Below are positions 1-12,881 of a stretch of 64,000 bases of DNA, in pieces. The stretch lies in NCBI RefSeq assembly GCF_006345805.1, contig NC_043007.1:62310001-62374000 (forward strand), written 5' to 3'. The notes under the pieces are model-generated. The model made no database searches, was not told the DNA's origin, and saw only the letters and a list, made by a program, of their open reading frames with translations. The stretch's first letter is position 1. Every line of letters begins with the position of its first letter. The position numbers and the translations under genes are program-made. The stretch is from Octopus sinensis (lineage: Eukaryota).

Positions 1-410
1 TCTGGATTGCAAGGCCGTGTATCAGAAAGAAACAAGATGTTGTGGGTAAGAAATGTGTATTGATGTACAATGGTCTACATATATTTAGTGATTATGAAAA
101 GAACGAGTCATTGAAGCACTACTATGAAAGGATACTGTATGTGGAGAATGCATGGGAAAAAGAGTCTCCCTAACAAGGACCCAACAGAGGTATCAGCTAT
201 CCTAGCCAACAGCAGTATGATAAAACTATTTAGGATATGAAGGTAGGGAAAGCCCCCTGGCCTATCAGGAATCTGCTGAGATGCTTAAAATATCTGTCAG
301 AATAAGACATGGCCAAGCTGACCATATACATAATTAGGTTGTACAAGAAGGTGCTATGCCCAATGGCTAGTGTAGCAGCACTATTGTAAGTTGTTGCAAG
401 GAAGAGCATC
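1..410 (+). mobile_element. Degraded RTE-clade LINE fragment (region just before the RT domain)
   Basis: Broken frames give remnants such as YERxLxVENAWEKESLP and DMKVGKAPGxSGI.AEMLK, typical of RTE ORFs upstream of the RT; many stops and frameshifts. Confidence 0.6.
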
Positions 411-1622
411 CATCTCTAAAACAATGCCTCAGTTACATGTTCATCTAAGTCAGGCTAGCATGGGAAAGTATACATACAAACAAATGAATATATGAATGAA
501 TGGACACACACACAAATTATATAATACATATGGTATTTACTTCAGTGCAATGTGATTTTGAATATAATGTAACACTACATTTTTGTACCTAAGAATCAAA
601 AATATACCTTATCCTGTTATATAATGTGGCCTCTGAGTAAACTGATACTTATTGATAAATTTTTACAAACAAGTGTAAAACTCAGTAAATTTTAAAACAC
701 AAAACATAAAGCAAATACTAAAACCAGCATGGTTCCTGCTATTACTAACTTTTGCTTAAAAGCTTTTGAGGAAAAGTTGTAGCACAGGTTAAGAGAAAGA
801 TTATTGTTCATAAGTAATCATTTTAAAATCCAGTAAACTGTTTTTTTTTAATATCCTGTTGTTCTAAAATAGACAATTTTACTTATTATTATATCTAGTA
901 TGTCATGTCAAAAAATGAGTTTTATGTTTCCTATCTAACTTGCTTCAAAATCATACTATCTTTTAGTTTTTATCACAAAACTATGAAAATGCACAATCAG
1001 AGGAAAACTTCTGAGAGTTTCTTTTTTTGGGCTTTCTGATATAGAGAAGGTTTTTTTGTAGAATCTCAGACACCACTCACTTGAAAATTTGAAAGATTAA
1101 CTAACAGCTAATGTTTCCATATTCTGACACTTTCTTTGCATGTAACTTACATCCAGCGTTATTAAAAATAAATTCAACTTTTTCTCATCTTGCATCTATT
1201 CAGTCTATTATTTCAGTCTGTTCTTGGTAGAGAACCCATTCTCGTCTCAGAGATAGTTTACAGAATGGCATCTTCTTCAGTTTGGCTTTGGTCTTCTCTA
1301 TGAGATGAATGTCAGAGGTATGTAGGGGGAAAGGAAGCTTTAGTGATTGGGGGGGACAGAAGTTGACAACATCTGAAAAGATGATGAGAATGATAGCAGA
1401 TAAGAGTGGAGTGCTAAAGATAAGGTATGGCAGGCCTAAGATAGATGTAGTTCACAGGAGAGACAGAGAAAGTTGGAGATAGAGGAAAGGGTGATTAGTA
1501 AAAATTAATAGGAAGGGGTGATACTGAGAATGAGGCATGGATTTTAAAATGAAGTGGTTTCAGCGGGTGTGGGAGTAAAAAGGACAAAGTATATGCATAT
1601 TCTGCTCTCATGATCATAGCAT

Positions 1623-1975
1623 GTGAAAGCACATGGCTCAGTCATTAGAGCGTTTGGTTCACAGTCATTAGGTAGTGAGTTCGATTCCTAGATTGGGCTG
1701 TGTGTTATGTTCTTGAGAAAGACGCTTTATTTCATGTTGCTCCAGTTCACTCAGCTGTAGAAATGAGTTGTGACGTCACTGGTGCCAAGATATATCAGCC
1801 TTTGCCTTTCCTTTGGTTAACATGAGTAGCATGAAGATGGGAGGCTGGTATGCATGGGCAATTGCTGGTCTTCTATAAGCAACCTTACCCAGACTTGTGC
1901 TTTGGAGGGTAACTTTCTAGGTAGAATCTCATGGTCTTTCATGACTGCATGGGGTCTTTACCCTTTACCTTTGGT
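1623..1975 (+). mobile_element. tRNA-derived SINE, family C (gtgaaggcacatggctcagtggttag head)
   Basis: A-box/B-box-like head (tggctcagtcattagag ... gagttcgattcc). Related copies near 21790, 30365, 40605, 44750(-), 56945(-), 57815(-), 58190 and 63470(-). Confidence 0.6.
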
Positions 1976-2142
1976 CTCGTATGATTACGACAGCTGAATA
2001 GTGAGTGTTCTAATTAGAAAACTAGAGGGATGGGTGTTGAGATGAAAGGTGGAAAAAATTTGACTGGGACAGATTGGGAGCAAGATTTAGTGTGTGTATA
2101 GATATAGACTTTTAGGACCTCACTTTCATGAAGTTGAATGAG

Positions 2143-2350
2143 TCTTCTTGAGCACTGCAAATTGCCAGTCATCTCAGTTCTTTGTCATCCTTTCCATGAG
2201 GTTCAACGCCTTGAGATCATCCTTCACTACTTTGTCCCATGTCTTCTTTGGCCTCCCTCTATATCAGTGCAGTCTTCTCTTGCACACACACACTCTTGTG
2301 CACACCAATACCTCTGATACCAATTTTAATCCTCAGTTCACCTGAACTCT
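2143..2350 (-). mobile_element. RTE LINE 3' coding fragment
   Basis: Minus strand reads RGRPKKTWDKVVKDDLKALNLMERMTK, matching the C-terminus of the RTE copy at 26135-27049. Confidence 0.65.
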
Positions 2351-3489
2351 GTCATTTATTATCATCATTGTTTTACTATCCACTTTCCATGCATGCATTG
2401 GTCTGTTGGTATTTGTTGAGGCCAATTTTCTGCAGCTGAATGCCATTTCTGTTGCCAACCCTCACTGTTTCCAAGCAAGGTAGTATTTCTCCCATGGCCA
2501 GATGTGCTTTCACAGAAGATTTGGAAACAAGCAATACTATTTCTATGATGGTGATGCTCATTTACAACTATTATACATCAATAGGAGGCACAAGCATACA
2601 TGCATAGACATGCAAGGTTTCATTCAGTTTCCATCTATCAAATCAACTCACAAGGTTTTGGTCAGCCTGGGCTATAGCAGAAGACAATTGCCCAAGCTGC
2701 CATGCTGTCGAGCTGAACCCAAAGCTATGTTGTTGGAAGTGAACTTCTTAACCATACAGCCATACTTATCCATTCATGCACAGTGTATTACATATCCAAC
2801 AAAGCATATTAACCCACATTTCTATCTAGCCTTCACCCCCTCCTCTCATTCAGTCTTTTACTTGTTTCAGTCATTAGACTGTGGCCATGCTGGGGAACCA
2901 CCTTGGAGAATTTTTTAGTCAAATGAACTGACCCTAGTACTTAATTCTTTAAGCCTGGTACTTATTCTATTGGTCTCTTATGCCGAACTGCTAAGATATA
3001 GTGATGTAAATGTACCAGTTGTCAAGTAGTGGTTACACACACACACATGACAGGCTTCTTTCAGTTTCTGCCTACCAAATCTACTCACAAAGCTTTAGTT
3101 AACCCAAGGCAATAGTAGAAAACACTTGCCTAAGGTATCACACAGCAAGACTGAATCCAAAACCATGAGGTTGTGAACAAGTTTCTTATCACACATGTAC
3201 CTATGTTTGTGTTTCACTACCATATCACATTACATTTTGTGTGCAAGCATAATAGTCTGCTTTTCATTCAGAGAGAGAATCTTGTTTTGTTGTCACAAAT
3301 GTAATTGCTTCTTGAGCATTTTTCTACCTCATCCTTACACACTTCCAATCTCCACTGTCACTACATGACCCTGGTAATACAATGAAGCTTCTGTAACTTT
3401 GTTCTTACTGCTAACAACTTCATCACATATAAAATCCTTGTTTTTTGTCATCCTGCTTGTAATCCTACTGCATCATATGTGCAGTCATA

Positions 3490-3830
3490 ATTTAGTTTAC
3501 ACACACAAAGGAATTTTGCCTTTTTATTTTCTACATGTCAAACATGGCCACTTCCCAAACGACAGTAGGACTTTATATTTTTTCATCCTGGGTAAGACTT
3601 TTGTCTTTGCTGAGTTTACTTTCAGACTCTTTGATTCTAGGTTTTGCCTCCACATATGGAACTCTTTCTCTAGTACTTTGACAGATTCAGCTATTGGAAC
3701 TAGGTGGTCAGACCACCAACCTTGAACTTCTTTTAATTTGAAACCATTATTATTATCCTCTTCTTTCAATTTTGCTTCCATTTCTTGCCAAATGTCTTCC
3801 CAACACCTAGGGCAAAGAAACTCACTGTAT
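3490..3830 (-). mobile_element. RTE LINE fragment (end of RT, start of Cys-rich region)
   Basis: ORF 3524-3781: DHLVPIAESVKVLEKEFHMWRQNLESKSLKVNSAKTKVL...GKWPCLTCRK, homologous to the 26-27 kb copy. Confidence 0.7.
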
Positions 3831-3889
3831 ACATTGGTAGGCCATTAAAATAAAGACACCAGATGATTCATTTACAAAGTCTTGTGATA

Positions 3890-4380
3890 GAAAAAAAGGA
3901 GAAGGTCTGGTCTGTATGTGCTGGAAAGTCCCAAAGAATTGTTACCCTTTCTCCCTCAGTTACAGTCCCAGGGTGGTGCTTCTACCATTTGTCAGCAGTT
4001 TTGATTTCATAATGCTGACATTAACGAGTGTAGATATTGGACAACTCTGTCATGTCTTAATTTATACTCTACTGGTGCTAAAACCTTACACCCAGAGATT
4101 AGGTGGTCCACTGTTTCAATCTCACCATTGCAGTATCAGCACTTTGGGTTTACTCCATTTTTTATCACATTGGCTTAGTAGTTCCAGGTCAATAAGCTCT
4201 GATCTTGAGTAGGTAAAAATAAAGCCTTCGCTCTCTGCTTTTAGTGCTGAGCTCCATAGCCACTGATGGGTGTGCTTCTGGTCTACATCAGCTTGTTTGC
4301 TACAGGTCACATATTTGCCATGCTGTAGTTTTTGATCCCACCTACCAGCTAATTGTTCAAACACTTTTTGCTTTGCCAAA
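3890..4380 (-). mobile_element. R4/Dong-like (REL-endonuclease) non-LTR retrotransposon fragment
   Basis: Across a frameshift: HQWLWSSALKAESEGFIF..QDQSLLTWNY*ANVIKNGVNPKC*YCNGEIETVDHLISGCKVLAPVEY..RHDRV..ILWDF, the CCHC knuckle preceding an REL nuclease. Confidence 0.7.
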
Positions 4381-5213
4381 TCATTTTGGAATCAACTGTA
4401 ATCGCCCTCATATAATGAGTTGTGATTTTTTTTTATTTGCTTATCTCTCATTAGTTCATTAGTCTTGAAACTTGATAGCTAAGCACATTCCACTAATTAG
4501 TACCATGGAGACAGCCTGATTACCACTCTCTGCTATGGATGACACTTCCATTAAGGTTTCTTTTAATATGGTTTGGAGAATTACAATAAGAAAGAAGAAA
4601 CTGAGAACCCAGCCCAGATGGACACCTATGTATATGCCAAATTGTTTGCTAAAGTTATTGAAAATATTCACCTTGCAGATATTCCCCTGTACATACCTTA
4701 CACTCTGTGTTTTTAATGACCATCAGACTACAGTGCATTGTGCTTTGGACAAAGAATATCTCCAGATCACTAAATGTGAGGTCAAGTGGCTTGTTTTTAG
4801 CTTAGAGCTTGCTTATAGTTGTCTCCTTAAGACGGCATCAATAGAGCTTTATCCTCGTACAAATCCAAACTGCTTCTCAGCTAAAACTTTTCTGTTCCCA
4901 ACTATCTAGATCAGTTACCTTTACTACAACTGTGAAGCTACACCTCTTAATGATGTAGAGGTGTTAATTACCAAAACAAGTTCTTGCTGTTTACCAGGCA
5001 GTGTTTATGGTCTGAGATAGTTTTATCATATATGCGTCCTTCTATTAAAGTGTAGTCTATAGCAGAGAGTGATAATGAGGCTGTTTCCATGGTACTAATT
5101 AGTGAAATGTGCTTAGCTACCAAGTTTTTAGACTAATGACCTAATGACAGCTAAGTAAATAAAAATAAATCACAACTTATCATGTGAGGGTAATTACAGT
5201 TGATTCTAAAATG
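4381..5213. repeat. Fold-back element with about 167-bp inverted arms
   Basis: 4381-4547 is the approximate reverse complement of 5048-5213 (e.g. tcattagtcttgaaacttgatagctaagcac vs gtgcttagctaccaagtttttagactaatga). Confidence 0.8.
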
Positions 5214-6779
5214 GTCTTTTTTTACTTACCATAATAATAATAATCTTTTCTACTAAAGGCACTGGGCCTGGAATTTGTGGGGAGGAGGATAGTAAATTAC
5301 CTCGACCCCAGTACTCAGCTGGTACTTAATTTATTGACCCTGAAAGGATGAAAGGCAAAGTTAACCTCAGTAGAATTTGAACTCAGAATGTGGAGACTGA
5401 TGAAATGCTATTTTGTTTGGTGTGCTAACGATTCTACCAGCTTACCACCTGAATGATAATAATAATAATAACAATGACAACAATAAATGGTTTTGTTGAG
5501 TAGAGAAAGAGTGCATAGTTTTTCCAGGGTTATATTTGATTATAAATTTAAAAAAGACATATATTCTATCAATACTGTATTGGTTTAAATAAAATCAGTT
5601 GTTTGGCATTCTGTTGTCAAATACATCAGCTGAAAGATGGTCTATGTCATTGACTTTAGGGGAGTGGAAATGCAAGTCGTCCCATTCATAGTTTTTCCAA
5701 AAGTATCTGCAGAGTAAGTGAAATATCTTTGAACTAGAATTGAACTTGAATTGCCTTCATCAGAGGATGAAGAGCAGTGTTGATGATCCCTTTTATTAAA
5801 AGAGTATCATATGGTGAACAATTTCTTTATGGTTGAAGCCCTGGCTAAATGTTTGCAATGGAGCATACATTGCTAACAGTATCTAAGGGCTAAGTTGGGT
5901 TGCCTAGAATCTCCTCCTATATTACAACATTTATCACTGTCAGGAGAAGTGACAATCTTTTTAATACCAACTCTCCTTAGTTCTATGATGCAAATTTCTT
6001 GATTTAAAATGATCTAAGTCAAAACCTTCCATCAAAATTTAATTGTTAATTTATGTTCCAAACACCAAGATAATAACAACAGTAAAGTTATTTCAAAAAA
6101 TTCTTCATTATTTGAAACAAAAGCAGTGTATTCTAACTATAAGAACAAAGAGTTGATTCACTTAACATTCAATTTGAATTCTTGTTCATAAAGGAATAGA
6201 TGTACAAGGAAGGACTTCCAGAAAAATGCTTCTGAAAAGATAAAAGCTCAGCAAAATGTTTATTACAGAGTTTTAAAGTTTTATACATTGTTGGAGCAAC
6301 AGTTTAGTTTTTGTAATTTGTCACCTTTGAATTTTTTACTGGTGTTTGTAAAGGAAGACAGTGAGCTAACAATTATTTGAGCATCAGAAAAAATGCTTTG
6401 TGGCATCTATTCGAGCTTTTTGCATTCTGGGTTCAAATCCCACTGTGATCAACTTTGCCTTATATTTTTCTGGGTCGATAAAATAAAGTACTAGTCAAAT
6501 TCTGGAGTTGATGGTGTCAATTAACCTCTTCTTTTATTATTACTGACCTTTTATCTAAATCAGAAGCAAGAGGGAAATTTGTGATTGGAAGGAAAACAAA
6601 CTAAAATACAGTTAGTTCTACAAGAATGAAGTTGTAATATCAAAGACCCTGTTATATGTTTAATATGAATGGGGTTGGGGGTGTTGATGCCAATCAAGTA
6701 TGTCCTGTAGTAACCATTACTTTTCAAATTTTACTCACTTGGCATTTCTTTCAGCTAATTCTATCATGTTATATTTCAG

Positions 6780-6980
6780 TGATTTACGAATGACCAGGAA
6801 TAATTTACTGGATCTTCTCACTGACCCTGGCCATGATAAGACAATAATTATCAAAGCATACACTGAATATTTTGCCTTCTTGCAAGGTCTTTATCAGAAC
6901 TATGAAGGCCAATCTGAAAATAAGCTACAAAAAGCTATCTACTTTAAATGGACAAACACACTCAAAGGGAAAATACCTGT
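6780..6980 (+). CDS. BROX: BROX coding exon
   Basis: ttcag|T GAT TTA CGA...; [18 protein letters not shown]...[12 protein letters not shown]; ends GT|gtaagt. Confidence 0.93.
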
Positions 6981-9900
6981 GTAAGTTATTTTTTATTGAT
7001 TCTCTGTTTCAATTTTTTCTTGTTTTGTATATATTTTTCCTTTGCATTATTGTTTTTATCATACTCTCATCCCTCACTCTTGTAACAATAATAAAGTGAT
7101 CTTTCTTATTATTGTAAGTGTTGCTACTGGTTAAAAGAGCAGAGTATTTTAATAGAATTTTAATTTCAGTATAGCTGAAGCTCTCAGCTTCTGTCATATT
7201 TGTGTAACATATCTGATGTGCTTTAACCCTTTCCTAACTATATTTCTGACCAAAATACACCCCTTATGTGTTTCAATTAATTTCTAACGTAATCATAAAT
7301 TTAGTCTGGTTTCATTAAACAACTATAACTTTTTTATTTATCAATATATTAACGTGAATTTTGGAAGAGAATTTAATGAAATGTTCTCAACCAATTCTAT
7401 ACTATAATTTTTGTCACAAAGTGACTCTAATTGCAGGTAAATACAGGTAAATTCAACAAAATATAAAATTATTAAAATTTTGTTCAAACATCGCTATAGA
7501 AAATGGGTTATTAGCTAATATTCAATTGGGTATACAACAAAATTTTACGATAGAATTTGTTATTCTGGGTAACTTTCTGATACCCATAATAATATTTATG
7601 GCAAAATAGTCTTAATTTCATTTAAGGTTATGGGAATCGTTTTGTTTACATTTAGCGTAACGGTTCGTTTCCGCCGTAATGATTTCAAATAGGCTCATTC
7701 GAAAAAGTAAAAAGAAATAGTCTAAGGCTTTACTCTTCTGGGAAAGTCTGTGGCTTGGTCCAGTTTCTTCAGAAAAATCACCGAAAGAAACAGTTTTTAA
7801 ATTTTCACTCCATTCTGGTGCCAATTCATTTTCTTTATCGCTGTCGGAGCTCTCGGATTCACTGTTTTCACTTTCGGAAAATGAAACATCAGATTCATTA
7901 TCAAATACCACGTGCTTTTTTTTTTTCAGTCATAGAGTTAGATTTATGAAGGTCTTCAGTAGAAAATCGTTCGAATTCTGACTCGCTGCTTGATATAATG
8001 AAATTCGTATCCATTTTTTGTCAGAATTACAAATTTTGAAAACACAATAGGAACAAATTTTGGAAAAAAATCTCCCAAAATTCACGGAATTAAAATTACA
8101 CTTCGATTTTTGTACAAAACTGTAGTTGAACTGTTTACGAAGTATAATACGTGTTTTCACGAATGTACTAAAGAGATTTGCTCTGATATTCTCATTTAAA
8201 TATGAATAGGTAAATTCGAGCGGCTTTGGGCGGTTTGGTGACATTAACCAAACATTTTTTCGGGCGGTTTGGTATCGAAAGGGTTAAAATACATCTTATG
8301 CCTCAATGGGTAATGGTAATTCAGTTAAGGCAGTCTGCTTCCTAGGCTACTGAATTTAAAATATTTCTTCCCTTACCATCTAATATTGCATCCCAGAGAT
8401 AGTTCTTTCTCTTTACAGGGACATATCCTGACCATTGGGAAAATTCAACATGTACACATTCTCAAGAAGAGCACTTTCTCTGACCCAGACAGCTATTGTC
8501 CTATTGCTCCCCCCCCACACACACACACGTACACAAACACATATACTTAGATAAAGTGAGCAGGGCAGCTAGGTAGCAGAAGGAAAAAAGAGACAGAATC
8601 AAGTATTTCCTTATAGGCTTTTACATATCAGATTTTTTTTTGTGTTGATATATATACATATATCAAAATCATGTAGATAAAACTAGTCACACATCTTGCT
8701 CCATTATTTAACTATGTCCTTTCTCTGTCTCTTTCACCTCTATCAATGAAATTCCTGCTCCTGTGATCTCACCAGCTCTATAACACTTCTGCCTACTACA
8801 TTCAGAAAAACAAGATGGATTTCTGTGAAAAACTTGGCCTTCAACCTGCTAAGAACTGAAGATAAAGCCAAAGTTCTAAAATATTCTTTTTAAATGTTGA
8901 TGAACTTCATCATTGTTACACATCCTTGTATCTCAATGCAAATGTTCTTCTCAGCTTGATAACCGTTCTATAGTTGGTCCCACAATAACACACCATGAAC
9001 CTGTTTTACATTTAATACAACCGCCTTTTCTTTGGGTATTTTTAGCAGAGTTCAATGTGTTGCAAGTATTTGGACCAGTTTTCTGTTTTCTCTGTCATTT
9101 ACCATGTTTTTTTTTTCTGTGTACATTAATCTAGTTGTTTGACTGGGTATCAGCTGCATCAATGTTATCAGTTTAGGAGGGCCTGCAAAGGACATGGTTG
9201 GTGCCTCTGCCCTCCTGACTAACTTAAAATCTCTTTCTCCTATCCCCTCCTATCTCACCATTCAACCCCTATATTAACTAAGTCCCCACAAATATATCTG
9301 ATATTAACTTTCTTGCTCATGTTTCCCCACTCCACCTTCACCCAAGCACTAACAATTCCAAGTGAATATTTAGCAACTGCTGAAACCTCAGTTATGTTTC
9401 TGTTTCAGTCAAAGAATGTATTAAAAGAATGCCTTCCTGTGTTATCATCATTGTTTAGCGTCCGCTTTCCATGCTGGCATGGGTTGGACGGTGCAACTGG
9501 GGTCTGGGAAGCCAGAAGGCTGCACCAGGCCCAGTCTGATCTGGCAATGTTTCTATGGCTGGATGCCCTTCCTAACGCCAACCACTCCATGAGTGTAGTG
9601 GGTGCTTTTTACGTGCCACCGGCACAGATGCCAGACGAGGCTGGCAAACAGCCACGGTCGGATGGTGCTTTTTACGTGCCACCGGCACAGAGGCCAGGCG
9701 AGGCTGGCAATGGCCACAATCGGATGGTGCTTTTTACGTGCCACTGTGCCACCAATCCCATGTACATTAATTCTTGTACACCCACCTCTACACACGCAAG
9801 TACACACATACAGAAGCTGACATTCGAACACATACATATGCTCAAAATAATTTAATTTCATAGTTTACATTGTTTGAATTTTTTCAGAGTACAGAAAGAT

Positions 9901-12796
9901 GCAATTTTCGAACATGCTTCAATGGTTGTCAATGTTGCTCTCTGGTTTACCAAACATGCTGCAAAGTTGGCAGCCCGTGATAAGTAAGTCAAACTTTTGG
10001 TGTTCTTATTAATTCCTCTCTCTTTCTTGAATGCTTGAATTATTTAATCCATAGACATACACACACAAAGGGATGATGTGTGTGAGTGTGTGTGTGCATG
10101 CATGCCCATAGTTACTTCTCTTCATTATTTCCCATTGATAATGGCTAAAGAGCTAGAAACATATCTGGGAATCTGACAGAGGTCAGCACTGGACAGATAA
10201 GTGTGTGAATCTGAGAGGGGGATATGTTGAATAAAATCATAATTAAGTGATCCTCCTGTATTTTCTTTTATCCAAAGTGAGGAATTTTTTAGCACTCCCC
10301 TGTACATGCATATATATGTGTGTGTATACATACATACACACACATTTTGTAGACCTGAGACTACTCTCTGTTACACTCAGTTTCAACTATGCTAATGAAT
10401 AGCAGCATACATGATACTGTGGATAGTGACAGAAAGTAATGTCAGTACTATAATAAATATTTCCTCTCTACTTTTGCACTGACTACTTTTTCCCTCTTGT
10501 TTGTGAACTCAAGACTCAAATATTCATAAAGTGAATACATGCACAATCACTCCACCCTGTGTGTGTGTGTGAGTATGTATGTACATGTGTGTGTCTTCAT
10601 CCTATGTTGCCTTTTTGTATATGGCTGTTTGCTAGCATTCAGAATATCTGTAAATGTTCTTGCTATATTTTAATACTGTACAAACCAAGGTGCCATGTGA
10701 AAAGCACTGATGCTGGTGCCACGTAAAAAGCACTGATGCTGGTGCCACGTAAAAAGCACTGATGCTAATTCCATGTAAAATGCACTGGTGTTAGTACCAC
10801 ATAAAAAGTGCTGGTGTCACATAAAAAGCACTGGTACTGGTTCCACATTAAAAGAACTGGTGCTGATGCCACATTAAAATCACTGGTGCTGGTACCATGT
10901 TAAAATCACTGATGCAGGTACAACATTAAAAGCACTGGTGCTGATGCCATGTAAAAAGTACTGGTGATGGTGCCACATGAAAAGCACTGGTGATGGTGCC
11001 ACATGAAAAGCACTGGTGATGGTGTCACATAAGATGCACTGGTGATGGTGCCACATAAAAAGCACTTGGTACAATGTAAAATGGTTTACATTAGGAAGGG
11101 CATCCATCTGTAGAAACCAAACCAAAAACGACTATGGAATTTAGTGTGGTCCCTGGCCTTATCAGCTCCTGTCAAGTTGTCCAACCCATGCCTGCATGGA
11201 AAATAAATATTAAATGATGATGATTTTTCAGTGAGAACTGAAGTAAGAAAGGTTATAAAGCACTTTTTAAATGTTTGCAATCAAAGGTGTTTCTAAGTAA
11301 TTAAAGAAATCCTTCACATTAAAACTGCATTTGTTGTGTTTGTTTACTTACGATGTTCTGTCTTATGCTGCAGTGTGGACATGGATGAAGCAAAGGAAGT
11401 TCATAGATGTCTTCGTATTGCTGCTGGCATGTTTACATATGTGAAGGTAAGTGTTCTTTCAACTGCAAAACTCACAATGGTTTTTGCTTAGTCTAAGACA
11501 TGCCCTGATACAGCAGACCTAGGACCAAAGGCATTCCAACTGTGACTATCACATTTTAGACATGCTAGTGTCTAGGAGTACAATATCTTATGAGTGTGTT
11601 TAAAACAGAATATGATTTGGGAGAGATTTGATTGCTATTTTTAGCAGGTTGACCAATCACATAGAGATCTCTCACAATGATTTAACCAAGTGAAGAAAAA
11701 GGATCTGGAATAACATTTTATTCTTGTTTCTTTAATTAATTCATTTTATTTTGGTGATTTTTAAGTTAATGTTTAAATTGCATGGTTATCTTTCATAATA
11801 GGTACGTTTTTTAGTTAGTTATTCATTTCTTCATTTGTTGGATATAGTTTGCTGATTTCATCTCAGGATGGAGATCATCCCAGTAGTTCAGCAAAAATAA
11901 AAGGAGATTCTTATAATGTTTATTTGACAAGAAGGAAAATATATATTCTGAAAGCCTTGTGAGTGGATTTGGTAGACAGAAGGAGCCTGTTGTATATATG
12001 TGTGTGTGTATATCTTTGTGTGTGTCTGTACCCCACCATCACTTGACTGCTGGTATTGATGTGTTTACATCCCTGTATCTTAGCAGTTCAAGCAAAAAAA
12101 GACTGGTAGAAAATGAGGGAGTGCTGAAAAGTTCCTGACTTTGGATAAAAAAAATAGAGGAGGATCAGTTAATTATGATTTTATTAAACATATTCCCCTC
12201 TCAGATTCACATATTTATTGTATTCAGTTTTTCTAAGCCCTGTAAAAGAACTCGGAAGGTTGGGCTTCCAACCAGGCCTTGCAATACCCTTAAAGTCAGG
12301 AACTTTTCAGCATGCCCTTGTAAGTACCAGGCTTTAAAAAAAAATCCTAATTACATTTCTATAAAACCAGCTTAAAATTAGCTATCATTTACAAATGTTC
12401 CTTATATATTTTATCCCTTCATCTACTGAATAATGAACTTTTCTTTTCTTCAAAGAATGACTTGTGTGCAAGACTTGTAGACATTGATAGTGGTACTGAT
12501 TTGGATGTTCGTGTTCTTGATGCTTTCATTTACCAATCTACTGCCGAAGCTCAAGAAGGTAACAAATTCAAATGTTTATTTACAAAAGAAAAAGAAAATT
12601 GTATATTTTTAAGAGCAACACTCTGTGAGGTTTATGGTTCTTGTATCAATCTTAATGTCCTTATTTCAAATTTCCTTCAACTTACTTTTGCATTTGTATA
12701 TATGTGTGTGTGTGTGTGTATGTATGTATAATGTATATTTATATTATAGAATTATACTTTATATTGATATATATATATATGTATATATATATATAT

Positions 12797-12881
<85 letters not shown>

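Noticed and set aside
1-6779. BROX first coding exon (expected WFHRNPLKAT-like motif)
   Set aside because: Scanned TGG-TTY occurrences by eye and none gave the motif; probably upstream of the window.
9313-9855. 180-aa ORF, and similar ORFs at 25521-26054, 45051-45359 and 10880-11125
   Set aside because: They read through the non-coding RTE 3' UTR repeat and microsatellites; no domain signal.
10690-11065. Regular ~26-bp repeat array as a possible CRISPR
   Set aside because: Units are contiguous with no unique spacers, derive from an RTE tail, and the context is a eukaryotic intron.
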